A stretch of 64,000 bases of DNA, taken from positions 658,768 through 722,767 of the forward strand of contig NIVC01000280.1 of assembly GCA_002269645.1 (NCBI GenBank), given 5' to 3'. The position numbers and the translations under genes are program-made. Source of the stretch: Macrostomum lignano. Its lineage: Eukaryota. Of this stretch, positions 1 through 13,098 are shown piece after piece. The notes below the pieces were generated by a model that saw only the letters and a list, made by a program, of their open reading frames with translations, ran no database searches and was not told the DNA's origin. The number at the start of each line of letters is the position of its first letter. Position 1 is the first letter of the stretch.

Positions 1-469
1 AAATGTATTTTGATTTTAATACAAAAAGGCGTATGCTATTAAGCTACTTTTGATTCAGTAGTATCGTCTACCGTTACTTCGACACTCAGAATTGGAAATT
101 GTGACCCCAATCGGGAGTTAGGGAGGCAGCTAAGAAAGGGATCTAAACGCATTTGAATAAGCTACACATAGGTTAAGACTTTCAATCGACAGTCACTATT
201 TTTAGGCTCCAAAGGAAAATGATGTTTAGCTACTGTCTTTTTGGGATTTTGTACTTTTTAGATAGGAATCTTCTTTAGAAATGCTGAATTCATTTGACCT
301 TTATAGCTCCAAATATGAGACCACTTGAATATAGATTTGAGTTGTTTGTTTTCTCAGTCAAATGGGAATTGAATTACCTAATAAATATTTAATAAAAAGT
401 CCAAAATAAATCAGAAATGACTAATTATTACAAATTAGTCAGCACTGATCGTGATTATTAAAAGCTAAC

Positions 470-712
470 TCTCTACTCCTTTTTATTATGGGCTGGGGGC
501 TGTGTGCACCCTGGCGCACTTTAAGCGACATTGTCACACAACCAGCGAGAGGCATTGCTGCCCATTCCGCCGACTCCCCTGAGCAGGCACACAAGCGCGC
601 GGATACGTACGCAGGCACACACTCACACAGGAGTGTACAGCGGCTGCATTTGGAATCGAGCCTGGGCCGCTGGCACGTAAGAGCACCGCGCCAGACCACT
701 GGGCTACGGCCC
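470..712 (-). mobile_element. tRNA-derived SINE-like element
   Basis: Minus strand has an A box TAGCCCAGTGG (706-696) and a B-box-like GGCTCGATTCC (662-652), 33 nt apart. They are followed by a non-tRNA body (GAGTCGGCGGAATGGGCAG...GCTGGTT...TGTCGCT) that recurs in diverged form at about 6900-7020. No full cloverleaf or TSD was found; the 3' boundary is approximate. Confidence 0.5.
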
Positions 713-1966
713 AGCCCACTCTCTACCCCTTAGACTCGCTTATTTGGCGCCTATGGAAAGTTCCACGTGATTGTGAATTGCAGCACTGATTAAACAAATT
801 TCGCAGGCTGTCTACGCCCGAATCTACCCAGTCCTTCCTCATTAAAAAGTTATAAAGTCTTCTCTACATGCGTGGAATGAGCCACCGAATTAAACTTATT
901 TTTCCGCTACAAAGTCGAACTGGTAGAACTAGAATCAGACCTAAATTAAGCTAGATTGAGCCTTTATGCTTGCAATTAGTCTTTAAATTCGGTCAATTAA
1001 GTGAAAGAAAACGGAATTTTCCTGTCAAAATGGCTAGACGCGCAGCATGAGGGTTCACAAGCGTGAAATCCAATAAACTCGAAAATTTTCACATCATCAC
1101 AATCGTTAAGTTTTGAAATCGAGGGGATGCCAAAAGGGTCAATTGGGAGTTGTTGGTAGGCTAAGCATCAAAGAGAGAGCTAGGGTCAAGCCATGGCTTA
1201 AAAGGAGGCTTTGATGTCGAAGCTCGAAGAAGATGCTGATATCTCATGCTAGACAACTGACTTTTACGGCTGATAATTTGTTGATTTAAACATCATTTTT
1301 CCTAAGAAACTAGCAATAGTGACTGTACAAGGTCAAAAGCTATATAGAGTTTATCAATTTTTCCCTTTATTTGTTGACTGCCCAACGGGGTGCCAAGGTT
1401 GCTAGTCCACTACACTAAAATGAGTCGTTTAGTTTAAAAAGACAGTAGCGCCGATCATGGTCAACTTCAACACACGACCGAGGCAGGTCTAGAATAAATT
1501 TTGACAATAAGATTGGCTATTGTTTTCAGATTTACGAGTAAAATATATCTTCTACGAGTTACTTCGTTTTAGCACCTATTAGTTTTGTTGTATTCTGAAC
1601 GGTTACTAGCATCAGTTAATGACTGATGATGGGTGGATGCGGCACTGGAATGCGGCACGGGAAAAATGTTTGTTTCTTAGCGAGCATCCTATTACCTATC
1701 TGTACTAAACACCAAGATGGGTAATTGAATTTTTGGCACAGAAACGGGCAAAAGGTCAAACTGTCATCCGAACCTCTTGGCTCGAATCTCGACTGATCTG
1801 CCCAGTATTTTCCCAGACATTGGGCATTTTAATGCACCATAGAACAGTTTTGCCCCAGTAGTTTCCCAAATTGCATTTAGCAATCCGTGAAACTAGAATC
1901 AGTGCCTTGGACACTTAGTATTGATCGGGCTACTATCAATAAGAAAAAGTGGCAATGAAAGGTTTG

Positions 1967-4048
1967 TCACTTTTGATCTACGGAAATATCCAGGGTAGGG
2001 TTCAAGTTCAGCCGCCGTCGCTGTCGTCGCTGCGTCATCAGCGCGACGTCCAGCGCGCACAGACAGACGAAGCCGACGAAGGTGGACGCGCCGAGCACGC
2101 AGAATGACAGCTGGTAAGTGTCCGTGACGTCCTTCAGCGCGCCCGCTGTCGGCGGTCCGACGGCCACGCCGAAGCCGAAGCAGAGGATCAGCAGGCCGAT
2201 GCCGGAGCGGGACCGCTCCCTGCCGATCAGGTCAATCAGCATGCAGTACAACTGGCTCATGAACAGCCCGGAGGTCAGGCCGAACGCTCCCGAGATCAGG
2301 ATGAACGGTATTAAATTTTGCATGAAGGCGAAGGCTGTGATGCTGGAGGCGGTGAGCAGCATGCCGAGTGTCCAGATGCGCCTTCGATGCGGCACCAGGT
2401 GGGGGATGTCGAAGAACAGCCCCACTGAGAATCTGGACACAGTGTCGCAGGCGCCTGGGCAGAAAATGTGCGTAATTTTTAATTTAATAATATGATGGTA
2501 AATTTGCAGAAATAGAAAGAAATAAAAAGAAATAGTTATTTCTGCACTAAAAAACGGCACCCAAAACAGTAAATTTTCACCGCAACGTCCTACTGCAGAA
2601 AGAATCCTGCTTACTAAACCATAAGTCCCGCATGGACTTTCGAATCTTCGATCGCCTTTGGGTTATAGGAATTAAGTACATTTACATCAAGTACACCAAT
2701 ACATTTGGACGAGCATCGAATGTTCACCGAATCTATAATACGAGCATAATATCGAAGGCAAGTCGGACATAGATCATACATCGCGCATTTTACAGCTTGT
2801 CAGTGCAGAACTGCGCGTCTAGTGCAGTTAATTAGAACTCTCCTATTTCCGTAGTGTGTTTTGGCGAAACCCGTCTTCAAAACGAAGTATGCATAGTTAA
2901 TAAGTACTTGATGCGAACCTACCGGATATGGATATGAGCAGAACAGATGTCATGTCGTCCAGACCGCGAAGCTGCGCATGGTGCGGCAGGATCACCGCCA
3001 CGGACTTGAAGCCCGACGAGATGAACAGAGTGGCGGCGGCCAGCAAGCAGAAGTACGGATTGAGGAACAGCTTCAGATCGAAGTTGGCCCACAGCTCCAT
3101 GCAGAAGCCCCGACCGCTTCGCTCCAGGGACGTCCTTGACTTGATCGTTGTCATGGATTGGCCCAGGACTTTCTCACCGGTGGAATCCTTGGAGTTTTTG
3201 TTTTCAGCGGTTTCACTCTGACCTGCTGTATCGATGAGTGCCTCAGAAGTCGCGTCTGCAGCCTCCGCCTCGAGCGCTCCATTTGCTGACTTCTTCCCAG
3301 CAGGCAGCGGGTAAAGCAGAGCGCCGCACACCACCAGATTGAGCGACAGGCCGCTCAGAATGAGCATACAGCCGCGGAATGAGTACACCTGGATGAGGTA
3401 CTGGGTGAGCAGAGGCAGCACGAAGCTGCCCACTCCGGTGCCCGCGGTCGCCAAGCCGAGGGCGGTCGCCTTGCGTCGGCTGAAGTAGTCGTTGACAGCC
3501 AAGAGGCCAGAAGTGTAGGCGAGGCCGTTGCCGACTCCCGTCATGCAGCCGAGGGTCAGGTAGATGAGCGACAGACTGCGGCAGAACGAGCTCAGCAGCA
3601 TGCCGAGGAAGGAGGTGACGCCACCAGCCATCATGACCCTGCGGCAGCCAAAATACTTGCAGAGAACGCCGGTAATGGGGCCTGAAAGTCATCGGTGTAA
3701 ACATTTTTGCTGCTGGGTGACTCAGAAACTGAATAACTCACGTTGTGTGCCAGACAAATGCAATACAAGCTCTAGATCAGTCTTCTCTGAAGTCTCTTAA
3801 AATCTGTAATCTGATCATTTTCGCGGAAACGCAACTTGAACCTTGCACTCACCGCTCATGAACCTGGAAGCGAACAGCAAAGCGCTGAAGCCGGCAGTGG
3901 AGGCAGAAGACTGCTGCAGCTCTTTGAGGATCTCCCTGTAGAACACCCCAGACGCCCTGTCGAGCCCGCCGGCCAGAATGTGCATGCAGTGACCCGCCAG
4001 CAGCACCATCCAGCCCCAGCCACCGTCCGGTGCTGCACTTTGAGACAT
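1967..4048 (-). CDS. Monocarboxylate transporter family (SLC16/MCT, MFS) protein, copy 1, about 480 aa, 3 exons
   Basis: Exons 4048-3853, 3681-2923 and 2454-1967 total 1443 nt, with GT-AG junctions and matching phases (1,1). N-terminal MCT signature PDGGWGWMVL; [15 protein letters not shown]; TM8 CDTVSR; GPPTAGALKD. Confidence 0.93.
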
Positions 4049-4770
4049 GCGTGTTGCACTTTATCGCTCAGTTGAAGCTTGTAATTCTCAGCAAATATTG
4101 CCGCTACTCAACTTTATGGTAGCTATCCGAGGTTTTTTTCAAGCCGCTCGCTAACTTTATCATTTCTGCTTTTCTGTTAACTTTTAACCATTTTTATCAG
4201 CAAAGAAAACTTTAAACGATACCAGTTGATATAGAAGGCCTAGTTGAAACAAACCGCTACTCTTCAGTCACGAGTCTTTGGCGTGAAATTGTGCGGCTCA
4301 ACGCCGCCAATTCTCTGTATAACAAAACCAGTCCGTTGACTTATCTGCATTTGTTTCTGGCAGTCTGGAGCTCTTTTAGATTGTCAAATGCCGACGGTTC
4401 CTTAATTTCCCAATTAAAGTACACTAGGATGTTTTGTTTCAATTCAAATATTCAAGCGATATATGTTGAAACATGATTGCAATTGACATTCAGACTATCT
4501 GGGTCTAGCTGTAAGACTTGATGAATCAATTCAGAACGGATTTCTGAGGGTTTGATCATGACCGAAATTTAACAGATACGATTTCATGCAGGGCAAGCGC
4601 CTATCAAATAATGTACAAGTAAAATGCTTTTTGTATACAAATATCCTCTGCGACACTGCGGAGGAGCGCCGGAATGGTCTCGGCAAGTTAACTGTGTCAG
4701 AGAACCCCAACTTGAGCTAGAAAGTCAGTACCGCTGTACATCATGTGTGAGCGTTTGAGTGTGTGTGTGT

Positions 4771-5058
<288 letters not shown>

Positions 5059-6208
5059 CACTTGAGCATGCGAGACAGAATACACACCGCAGCCGTAATT
5101 ACATTTACATGTAGCTCTACAACAATTAAAGCAAATGTAGTCAGTCCTACCCAGAATCCTAACACTGCTGACGATAGCCCAGACAGCAAGTACAAACTAC
5201 TCTGAAAGTAGGAGATTATTACGACAGAGACAAAAAACCAGACAGCGAAGGTTTATCTGCCCTGTTGCAGTGACCTTTGCTAATGCAGTAAGAATGGCAA
5301 GTAATCAAAGGACATTTAGTTCTTTACTCTTGCAAAATTTTGTTTCTTTGAAACATGCTCGCTCCAAAAGTTATCGATTGTTTGAAATCGACTGCCTGAT
5401 ATAAAATTTTATTTGTAAATCAACTACGCAAAAGTATGGTTTTAGTTTATACTATTGAAATTTGCATACAGAAAAGCCTGTTATTGAGATAAAATCTTGG
5501 AAAACAATAAACAATATATGCATGGTGCATGGTGTCGAAAAATTGACAAAGCACAAATAAATTTGTTGCCAAAATGGACAGTTTGCTTTAAAATGTTGAG
5601 GGGCTAGCTGTTTGAAAAGCATCTAGAATGCTGGTTATAGCAAAAAAGCTCGTCAAGCAAAATTTGAATTTAAATATTGGCTACACTAAAACAAAAAATA
5701 GAAACAAAAAATAAGAAAGGTACAAAAATTGACATTTCTGTTTTTTTCAAAGCATTCATTTATTTTTAATATTTATTCATTTCTTTACTACTTCATCAAC
5801 CGTGTTATTTTAACTAAGTTCTATTAGAAACAGTTTACGGCTAAATACTTGCAAACGGGCGATTTTGCAGATGGATTGGGAAATCCGGTTCCCAACTCTG
5901 TTCCACTGAGATCCAGTCCTCACACGAGAGCCAATCATACAATTAACTACCCTCTGTGTGAATGCAAACGCAAAATTAATGTTTATTACAACCAAGCTAT
6001 TTAAACTCTCAAGTGCTACTTATAGTTGATCCAAAAATTAGCAATACGAGTAGGAAATCAAAACTCAAACTCGAACATGCGGCTCTTTTGCGTAAAGAGC
6101 TATGCATAAAGCTATGTAGAAAGCTCTGCAGAAATTGTCTTATAAAATTAACTACAATATTTGGTAGAACTAAATCGTGCCAACAAGGCAAACCTTGCCA
6201 GGCGTCAC

Positions 6209-9200
6209 TCAGGTAGCGATCTCAACAGTCGTGGCTTCTGGATTCGACAATCGTTGACGCCGACCCCGCAGCAGCAGTACGACGTCCAGCACGCACAGGC
6301 AGACGAAGCCAGCGAAAGTGGCCGCGCCGAGGGCACAGAACGACAGCTTATAGGAGCCGCTGATGTCCTTGATTGCCCCAGCCAGAGGCGGCCCGATCGC
6401 CACGCCGACACCGCGGCAGAGGATCAGCAGGCCGATGCCGGTTCGGCAGCGCTCCCGGCCGATCAGGTCGCCAAGCACGCAGTACAGCTGGCTGACGAAC
6501 AGCCCGGAGGTCAGGCCGAACGCAACCGACACGAGCACAAACGGAGCCAGGCTGTGCATGAAGGCGAAGGCTGCGATGCTGGAGGCGGTGAGCAGCATGC
6601 CGAGTGTCCAGATGCGCCTGCGGTGCGGCACCAGGCGGGACGTGTCGAACAGCAGGCCGAGGGAGAACCGCGACACCGTGTCGCAGGCGCCTGCGGATCG
6701 GTGCGTGAGAGGAGCTATCCGTCCTTTCCTGGACACTGCATGATCACTAACAGCTACTAGAACAACTCCAGTCTCTTTGGACACACCGCCGTAATCCTAT
6801 AGGCACCTCATTGCTTATGCAGACATCCACTGTAATTTAAACATCGCAAATAGTTTCAACATTAATAATTAATTTTTGCAGGAAATTTTTGGGTGCTCTC
6901 CTTCAGCGACACCGTCCCGAAACCAGCGCTGAGGCAATTCTGCCCATTTCGCTGACTCCAAAGCACATACAAGCGCGCCAGTGCTGTACGCAGGCTCACA
7001 AAGGGTGTACAGAGGCCCTGAATTTCTAGATTCGTCAGGCATGTGCAAACCGTGTCTCGGGGCCTGGCCCTGGTGGCTGTGAATCGCACGACAACCCGCC
7101 AAGGACTACGATCAAGTAAAAGGACGGGAAACCCCTGGCCTTGGTGGCTGTGAGTCGCACGACAACCCGCCAAGGACTACGATCAATTAAAAGGACGGGA
7201 AACCTCGTTTCTTAGAAAATTTTAGGAGCAGGAGGCAGACCCAATGTTCATCTTTTGATATGTTTTGCCTTTCGTATAGCTCCATTGATATTCATAGAGC
7301 TTTTCGTTTAGAAAATTAGGATTCTGTGTCAATTTTTTATTCTACGTACAATTGTACATGTCCTGTGCATAAGAACCATTAACATGACACGGCTCGGCTC
7401 GTCGGTTTTATGAATCTATTTTATCATTCTTAGCTGACTGTGTAACAATATGTGTAACAGAGATTATAAAATAGATTTAAAAAATCAACGAGTCGAGCTG
7501 TGCCATGCATTTACATCGCCGTTGTCAGCACTCGGATCAACCAGTGGGTGGCTTCAAAGCCCAGGGAGAGGTGGGCAATCGCCCCAGACTGCCGGCAATC
7601 CCGCGCGGCTGTCCCCTGTCCTTCCTCCGCCCTGCGCAGGGCCCTGCTTGGACTCAACCGCAGGGACATCAGGGCGGTGACCATGGCCCTCTCGGGTCAT
7701 GGCTGTTTTGCCAGGCATCGTCACCTCCATGGAAAAATCCGCAGTGAGGGATGCCCATTCTGCCTATCCGGTGTCGAGAATGCGAGCACTTTATCTGTGA
7801 ATGCCCCGCCTTTACTCAGGACAGGCTCACCTACCTCGGCCCAAACCCGGACCTCTCCGAGGTTTTCAGGCCCGAGAACCTCTGCTAGCTCGTCCGCTAC
7901 CTAAGGACTACCGGGCGAGCGACAATCCACCTCCTGGACTCTCCGGAGGGGGACCGCACTGCGGACACCGGCACCACCGGAACTCCCTGCGCGACACCGC
8001 AGCACTAGCTGCCCGTGGTTGCCAGGGGTTAGCAAAATGGGCGGCAACGCCTCCTCGCTGCTTCCGGACGCACGGAGCCCCCTGCAGCTCAGTCAAGTAA
8101 GTGCCATGCATTTTTATGATTTTTAGGTACAGGGAATGTACGTAGTATAAAAGATGAAAGAGTATCGGAACCCACCTAAGGAACCCTAACTCTGTACACT
8201 ATCTCTGTCTTGGAAGTTGGCTCTCCAAGCAGGCGTGAATCGCACGAACTCAGGGGGGTCGTGGATCGAGAGCGAGACGGCTGAGCTACCCTGCCCCCAT
8301 TGCACCAGTTCAGGAAATGATTGCTTTATCCGCAGATTGCCTGCAAACAGCTCACCAGCAATGGAGATCAGCAGCACGGAGGTGGTTCTGGTCAGGCCCT
8401 TGAGCTGGCCGTGGTGCGGCAAAATCACCGCGACAGGCTTGAAGCCGGCAGAGATGAACAAAGCCGCCAGCGCGTACACGCTGAACTGCCAGTTGAGGAA
8501 CAGTTTCAGGTCGAAATTCTCCCACAACTGGATGAAGAACCGACGACAGGGGCTCACAGGTGCAGGGTCAGCTGTTTGCAACGGCTGTGCATCAGCTGAC
8601 ACTGGTTGCTTGGCAGAATGTTCCTCATCGGGTTTCATTCCGTCTCCATTCTTCTCTGCGCCTTCCACTGCCCGCAGTGCCACTGACTCGGCGGGCTTTT
8701 CCTCACCGACTGCAGCCTGCGGCAGCGGGTAAAGCAGAGCGCCGCACACCACCAGATTGAGCGACAGACCGCTCAGAATGAGCATACAGCCGCGGAATGA
8801 GTACACCTGGATGAGGTACTGGGTGAGCAGAGGCAGCACGAAGCTGCCCACTCCAGTGCCCGCGGTCGCCAAGCCGAGGGCGGTCGCCTTGCGTCGGCTG
8901 AAGTAGTCGTTGACAGCCAAGAGGCCAGAAGTGTAGGCGAGGCCGTTGCCGACTCCCGTCATGAAACCAAGGGTCAGGTAGATGAGCGACAGACTGCGAC
9001 AGAACGAGCTCAGCAGCACGCCGACGAAGGATATGAGGCCTCCAGCCATCATTACTTTTCGACAGCAGAAGAACTTGCATAGTACCCCCGCTACTGGGCC
9101 TTGATAAAAATATTTTGCACGAAATACATGTAAAAGCATTCATACATGTACATCCCTGTCTGAGAAACGTTCACAGAGTAATAACACAGGGATTCAGATC

Positions 9201-9400
9201 TTTAACCCACCGCTAAGAAACCTGGAGGAAAAAAGCAGTGCAGTAAATCCAGCTGTCGATGCGGAAGACTCTTGCATGTCATAGAGAATTTCACGGTAGA
9301 AAACTCCTGTTGCTCTGTCAAGTCCGCCAGTTAAAAAGTGCATGAAGTGGACGGCTAGGACAATCATCCAGCCCCAGCCACCGTCGAGTGCTTTATCCAT
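6209..9400 (-). CDS. Monocarboxylate transporter family (SLC16/MCT) protein, copy 2, about 471 aa, 3 exons
   Basis: Exons 9400-9211, 9099-8356 and 6690-6209 total 1416 nt, with the same intron positions and phases as copy 1. Motifs [17 protein letters not shown] and [10 protein letters not shown]. Confidence 0.93.
6880..7204 (-). mobile_element. Diverged relative of the 470-712 interspersed repeat, with a 71-bp tandem duplication at one end
   Basis: Shares GAGTC.GCG.AATGGGCAG, GCGCGC and GCCTGCGTAC blocks with 540-640. Positions 7062-7204 hold two copies of a 71-bp unit (ggtggctgtga.tcgcacgacaacccgccaaggactacgatcaa). Confidence 0.45.
7513..8100 (+). mobile_element. 5'-truncated non-LTR retrotransposon (I/Loa/R1-group-like LINE 3' end) in MCT copy 2 intron 2
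   Basis: Flanked by an exact 13-bp TSD gtgccatgcattt (7500-7512 and 8101-8113). Encodes ..[49 protein letters not shown].. with one frameshift, matching the C-terminal CCHC knuckle of LINE ORF2. Confidence 0.85.
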
Positions 9401-10422
9401 GTCTATTTAAACTACAATGTTTCTTCTGAATAGAAGTTGCGGCTGAAAAGGATATTTGAGAATTTTTAACACTACAGTAAGAAACATACTTCAGAAGATT
9501 TTCAATTAATCATTGCTAATTGGAGACCCAAAGAACATAACTAACTACACTTGAACTTAGAAAAATACAAAACTAGCGTACAGGCTAGTTATTTTAATTG
9601 TTTCAGGCTATCCAATATAACAAAGAGAAAGCTGCCAAAAAGAAATTTACTTAAATTTTGAGCTAGCTATTACTATTATATTACTCTGTCTCTGAGTCTC
9701 AATTTCTGGGCAAGTGTATGACATAGAAAAAGAAAGAGAAATATTTTATTAAAAAAGGAAAATCCTTACATCACTATGAAAAAAATAGACAAAAATGTAT
9801 GAACACATAGAGCTAAAAATAAAAAAATAACCGCTTTTAATCGGATATTCGGATACTTATATTTCGAAATTCAGTGTATTCTTCTATGCATAAAATAATA
9901 ATACTGTAACGGCGCAATTCTAAGGAAATTCTGTAGTCATTTTTGCGCGAATTTCTTAGTATTAAATCAAATTATCTAACTAATTTATAGCGTTCTTCTA
10001 TTTAAATTATCAAAAACTTTCATAGACCTAGCCTTAATTTATTTTACTTTTTTGTTGCTTTAAAAAATAAAACAACATAGTCTTGTCGAATTGAAAACAC
10101 TTCGTTTCTTGGAAAATTTAATAAATTTAATAAATGGCAGTTCCCCCCCTTAGGCAAAGACCCCAAAAAAATAGATAGGCCAAGCAAATTTTTGCCAAAA
10201 ACAAAGCCACCTTTTTGCCTCCCCTCCTGGGACTTTACCCTCCAGAATTTGCCCCCTCAAAAAATTTATGGTTGCGCTACTGATAGTAAGCATCTTATAT
10301 GTATGCTTCCAGTTCCATGTTATATCAATTTGATTGTTCCTTATATTCTTTATGTACTTTCTATTTTTCTTTTTTATTGATGTTCTCTTGATTAGGCCTT
10401 AGCTTAGGCCTATATTTGCCTT

Positions 10423-10910
10423 TGGGATTGCAAAATACCAGTTTTTTGTGATCCTAGGATCTGAAAAATACAGATTTTTAAGCTTTAGGGTTGAAATTAC
10501 AAGGCAAAATTCACTAAATATATTTTTGCTTCCATTTTTGATTGTACTAGAGATAATGATCTTTTTGTAAATGAAAAACAGCATTATCTTGTGATGTATT
10601 TAAGTAAGTAAAAGTACTAAATAGTAGTAAAGAAGCAAATCATATATCAAAATTTATATAGGAATAAATTTCACATTTAAATCTATAATGCGGGGTTTAA
10701 AAAAGGTGCTATGCGACATAAGGCAATTAATGGAAATTAGTGCAGTATAATAAACTAGTTGTGGGCCCAATTATGTTTATATTATAGCACTTTTTATAAA
10801 AACAATAACAAAAATTAGTCCTGGGATTTGGTACCCCAAATCCTAGGACTGGAAATCCTGGGATTTGGGCCCAATCCTAGGATTTTGGAATCCCAGGATT
10901 GCAATCCCTA
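10423..10910. mobile_element. Non-autonomous hAT-type MITE
   Basis: Terminal inverted repeats T(A)GGGATTGCAA / TTGCAATCCCTA, an exact 8-bp TSD tttgcctt (10415-10422 and 10911-10918), and subterminal ATCC(NN)GGAT subrepeats. Confidence 0.85.
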
Positions 10911-13098
10911 TTTGCCTTTGCCTTACTATCAAAATGCTTTTATATCTTGGAGACTATTTGATGAGTGCTAAGCCTACTTTAAATGATCAAGTCTTTATTA
11001 TCAACTTAGCTAGAATGATCTTTGCTTTTCTCAGCAATTTCCTTTATCTTTACGCCTTTATAAGCTAATAATAATATATGTTGAAAAAAAACTAGCAATA
11101 TATTACTTAGCAACTATTCATTCACTACCTAGGCAGGTGGGGCTCTTCTTAACTGAGAATGTAGCCAAGTGAATATACTCAATAATATTAAAAAGTTGCT
11201 ATCCTTTGCCCTAATATCTTTCAACTAGAGTCTAACTAACACCTAGTCATTCTTTTTTTATATTAATGATTAAAAAATAAAAACTAGGCCTAGAAAGAAT
11301 CTTTAATCCATATATCTAATCTTTGCTATCTACTCTTCAATTTTTTCTTATTTAGCCCAACTCTGTCATGTGGTACAAGTTTTATCATTCAAAGTCAATG
11401 CTAAGCTAGAAATAATTAGACATACAAAGGTAAAGTGACAACCTTTTATGCTATTGAGTATATATTCTTGTTAATGCTTTCTTTATATGCCATGCTATTA
11501 GCAAAATGCTAGGGCCTACTCTAGTGGCTAAGCAATTTGAGCCAAACTAGCTATTTAAAAGGGTATAATAGCCTAAGTTGAGCAAGTTTTGAGATAGCTC
11601 AATAATAACCTCATTGCAATTGAGGTTGATACCAATCTTCTAAGTTTTCTTTTGACAACTAATATACAAAATACATAGCTAGGTTCTATAGATAGCCACT
11701 ATTGCATTTACAAAAGCAGTAAAGCTTAATACCTTAATATCTACTCCATTTTAAGATATATTACTTAAAATCTGACTGCCTTTATATAGTATTAGGCTTT
11801 TGCCAATGTTGATACTTGATAGCAAAGTATGTAGTTGGTTTGACAAAGGTTTTAAGCCTCAAGCACAAGCAAAAAGGTTAATTTTTATAAATTGCATTAT
11901 CTAGGTTCTTGGCATTGCAATTATAGAATCATATAAAGCCTATGATATTTTTAAACTAATTATAAAAAAGGCAGGAAGGTTGGCTTAAATATGAGAAGTG
12001 ATTGAAAAAAATTGACTAGTAAATATTCAATTTAGGCTTCTTATTTAGCCTTATATATTGTGCAGGCACAAAAACCCACAGATTTTCAAATTTAATTTGG
12101 GCTACAGTCCTTCTATTAAACTATCTTGGGTAACATATCTGGCTCTTAAACATTCATAAGCTCTTTCCAAGCTCTCGCATTTTTTAGTCCAAAATACGCT
12201 AAAAATTGTTGCCTGTCAAGAACTTCTCAATAAAAGATGCATTTTTATTAGCTTGATCTGGTAGATTCCAGGATGAATTGCAACCATTTGTTCCTAGAAA
12301 TTTAATACATGGATGTAGTTGATTGTTATCATATTCAAATATAATATTCTAGGCTTCTTATTGTTCTATAATTTAATTTTTTCTTCTTCGAAATTGGCCT
12401 TATCCTTGGAGTCCAAGTTAGACTTGTTTAGACTTAACAGTTTGGAATCAAGACCATATCTGAATCTTGCAATGAATAAAGTTTATTTAGATAAGGTCTT
12501 CTGAAACCCATGACATTTAGAAAACTTAGGAATTTTGCAGATTATTTCATAGAGAGAAAAGTGTTTTTTTTGTCTGTCACCAACACTTCTAAACTAATAG
12601 AGGACATTGACATACATGTATGTATAAAATCTTTCACTCTATAGTCTTTATAACTAGAATAGCGATATAGGGTTGAATAGAAAGAAAGTGTCTATTGACC
12701 TAAATTTGACCTATCCAACTGAAACAAAGTGACAAATATCTTCACTGCCTTGAAGAGGTTAAGGTCAATTGCATATACAATATCCTGAATCTGTGTAATA
12801 GACAAGTAAATATCATCTTTACCTAAATGCTTTGCAAGTTTCAAAGCTTTTTATGAGATGAACTCTTCTCTTGTCCTAAAAGTTGAGGACTTAGGCAACA
12901 GATTTTCAATGCCACATGTGAATTGTGTGGTTGGGGTGGTTGGTGACTCAAGTTAAGATAAATGCAGTTCCAGCCATTTTTGTACAATAAATAATTAATT
13001 AGCTATGGATAAATTATGGGAAATTTTTGGTTACAGTGGAACTCTACTTTCAATTGTTGATCACTCAGTCAGAGCTCTTCCAGACGCCAACTCTGGCC

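Noticed and set aside
12560-12820. hAT dimerisation-domain remnant (LFKAVKIFVTL) on the minus strand
   Set aside because: Only about 10 residues resemble the motif, and the following PxSxAxxERxFS could not be recovered.
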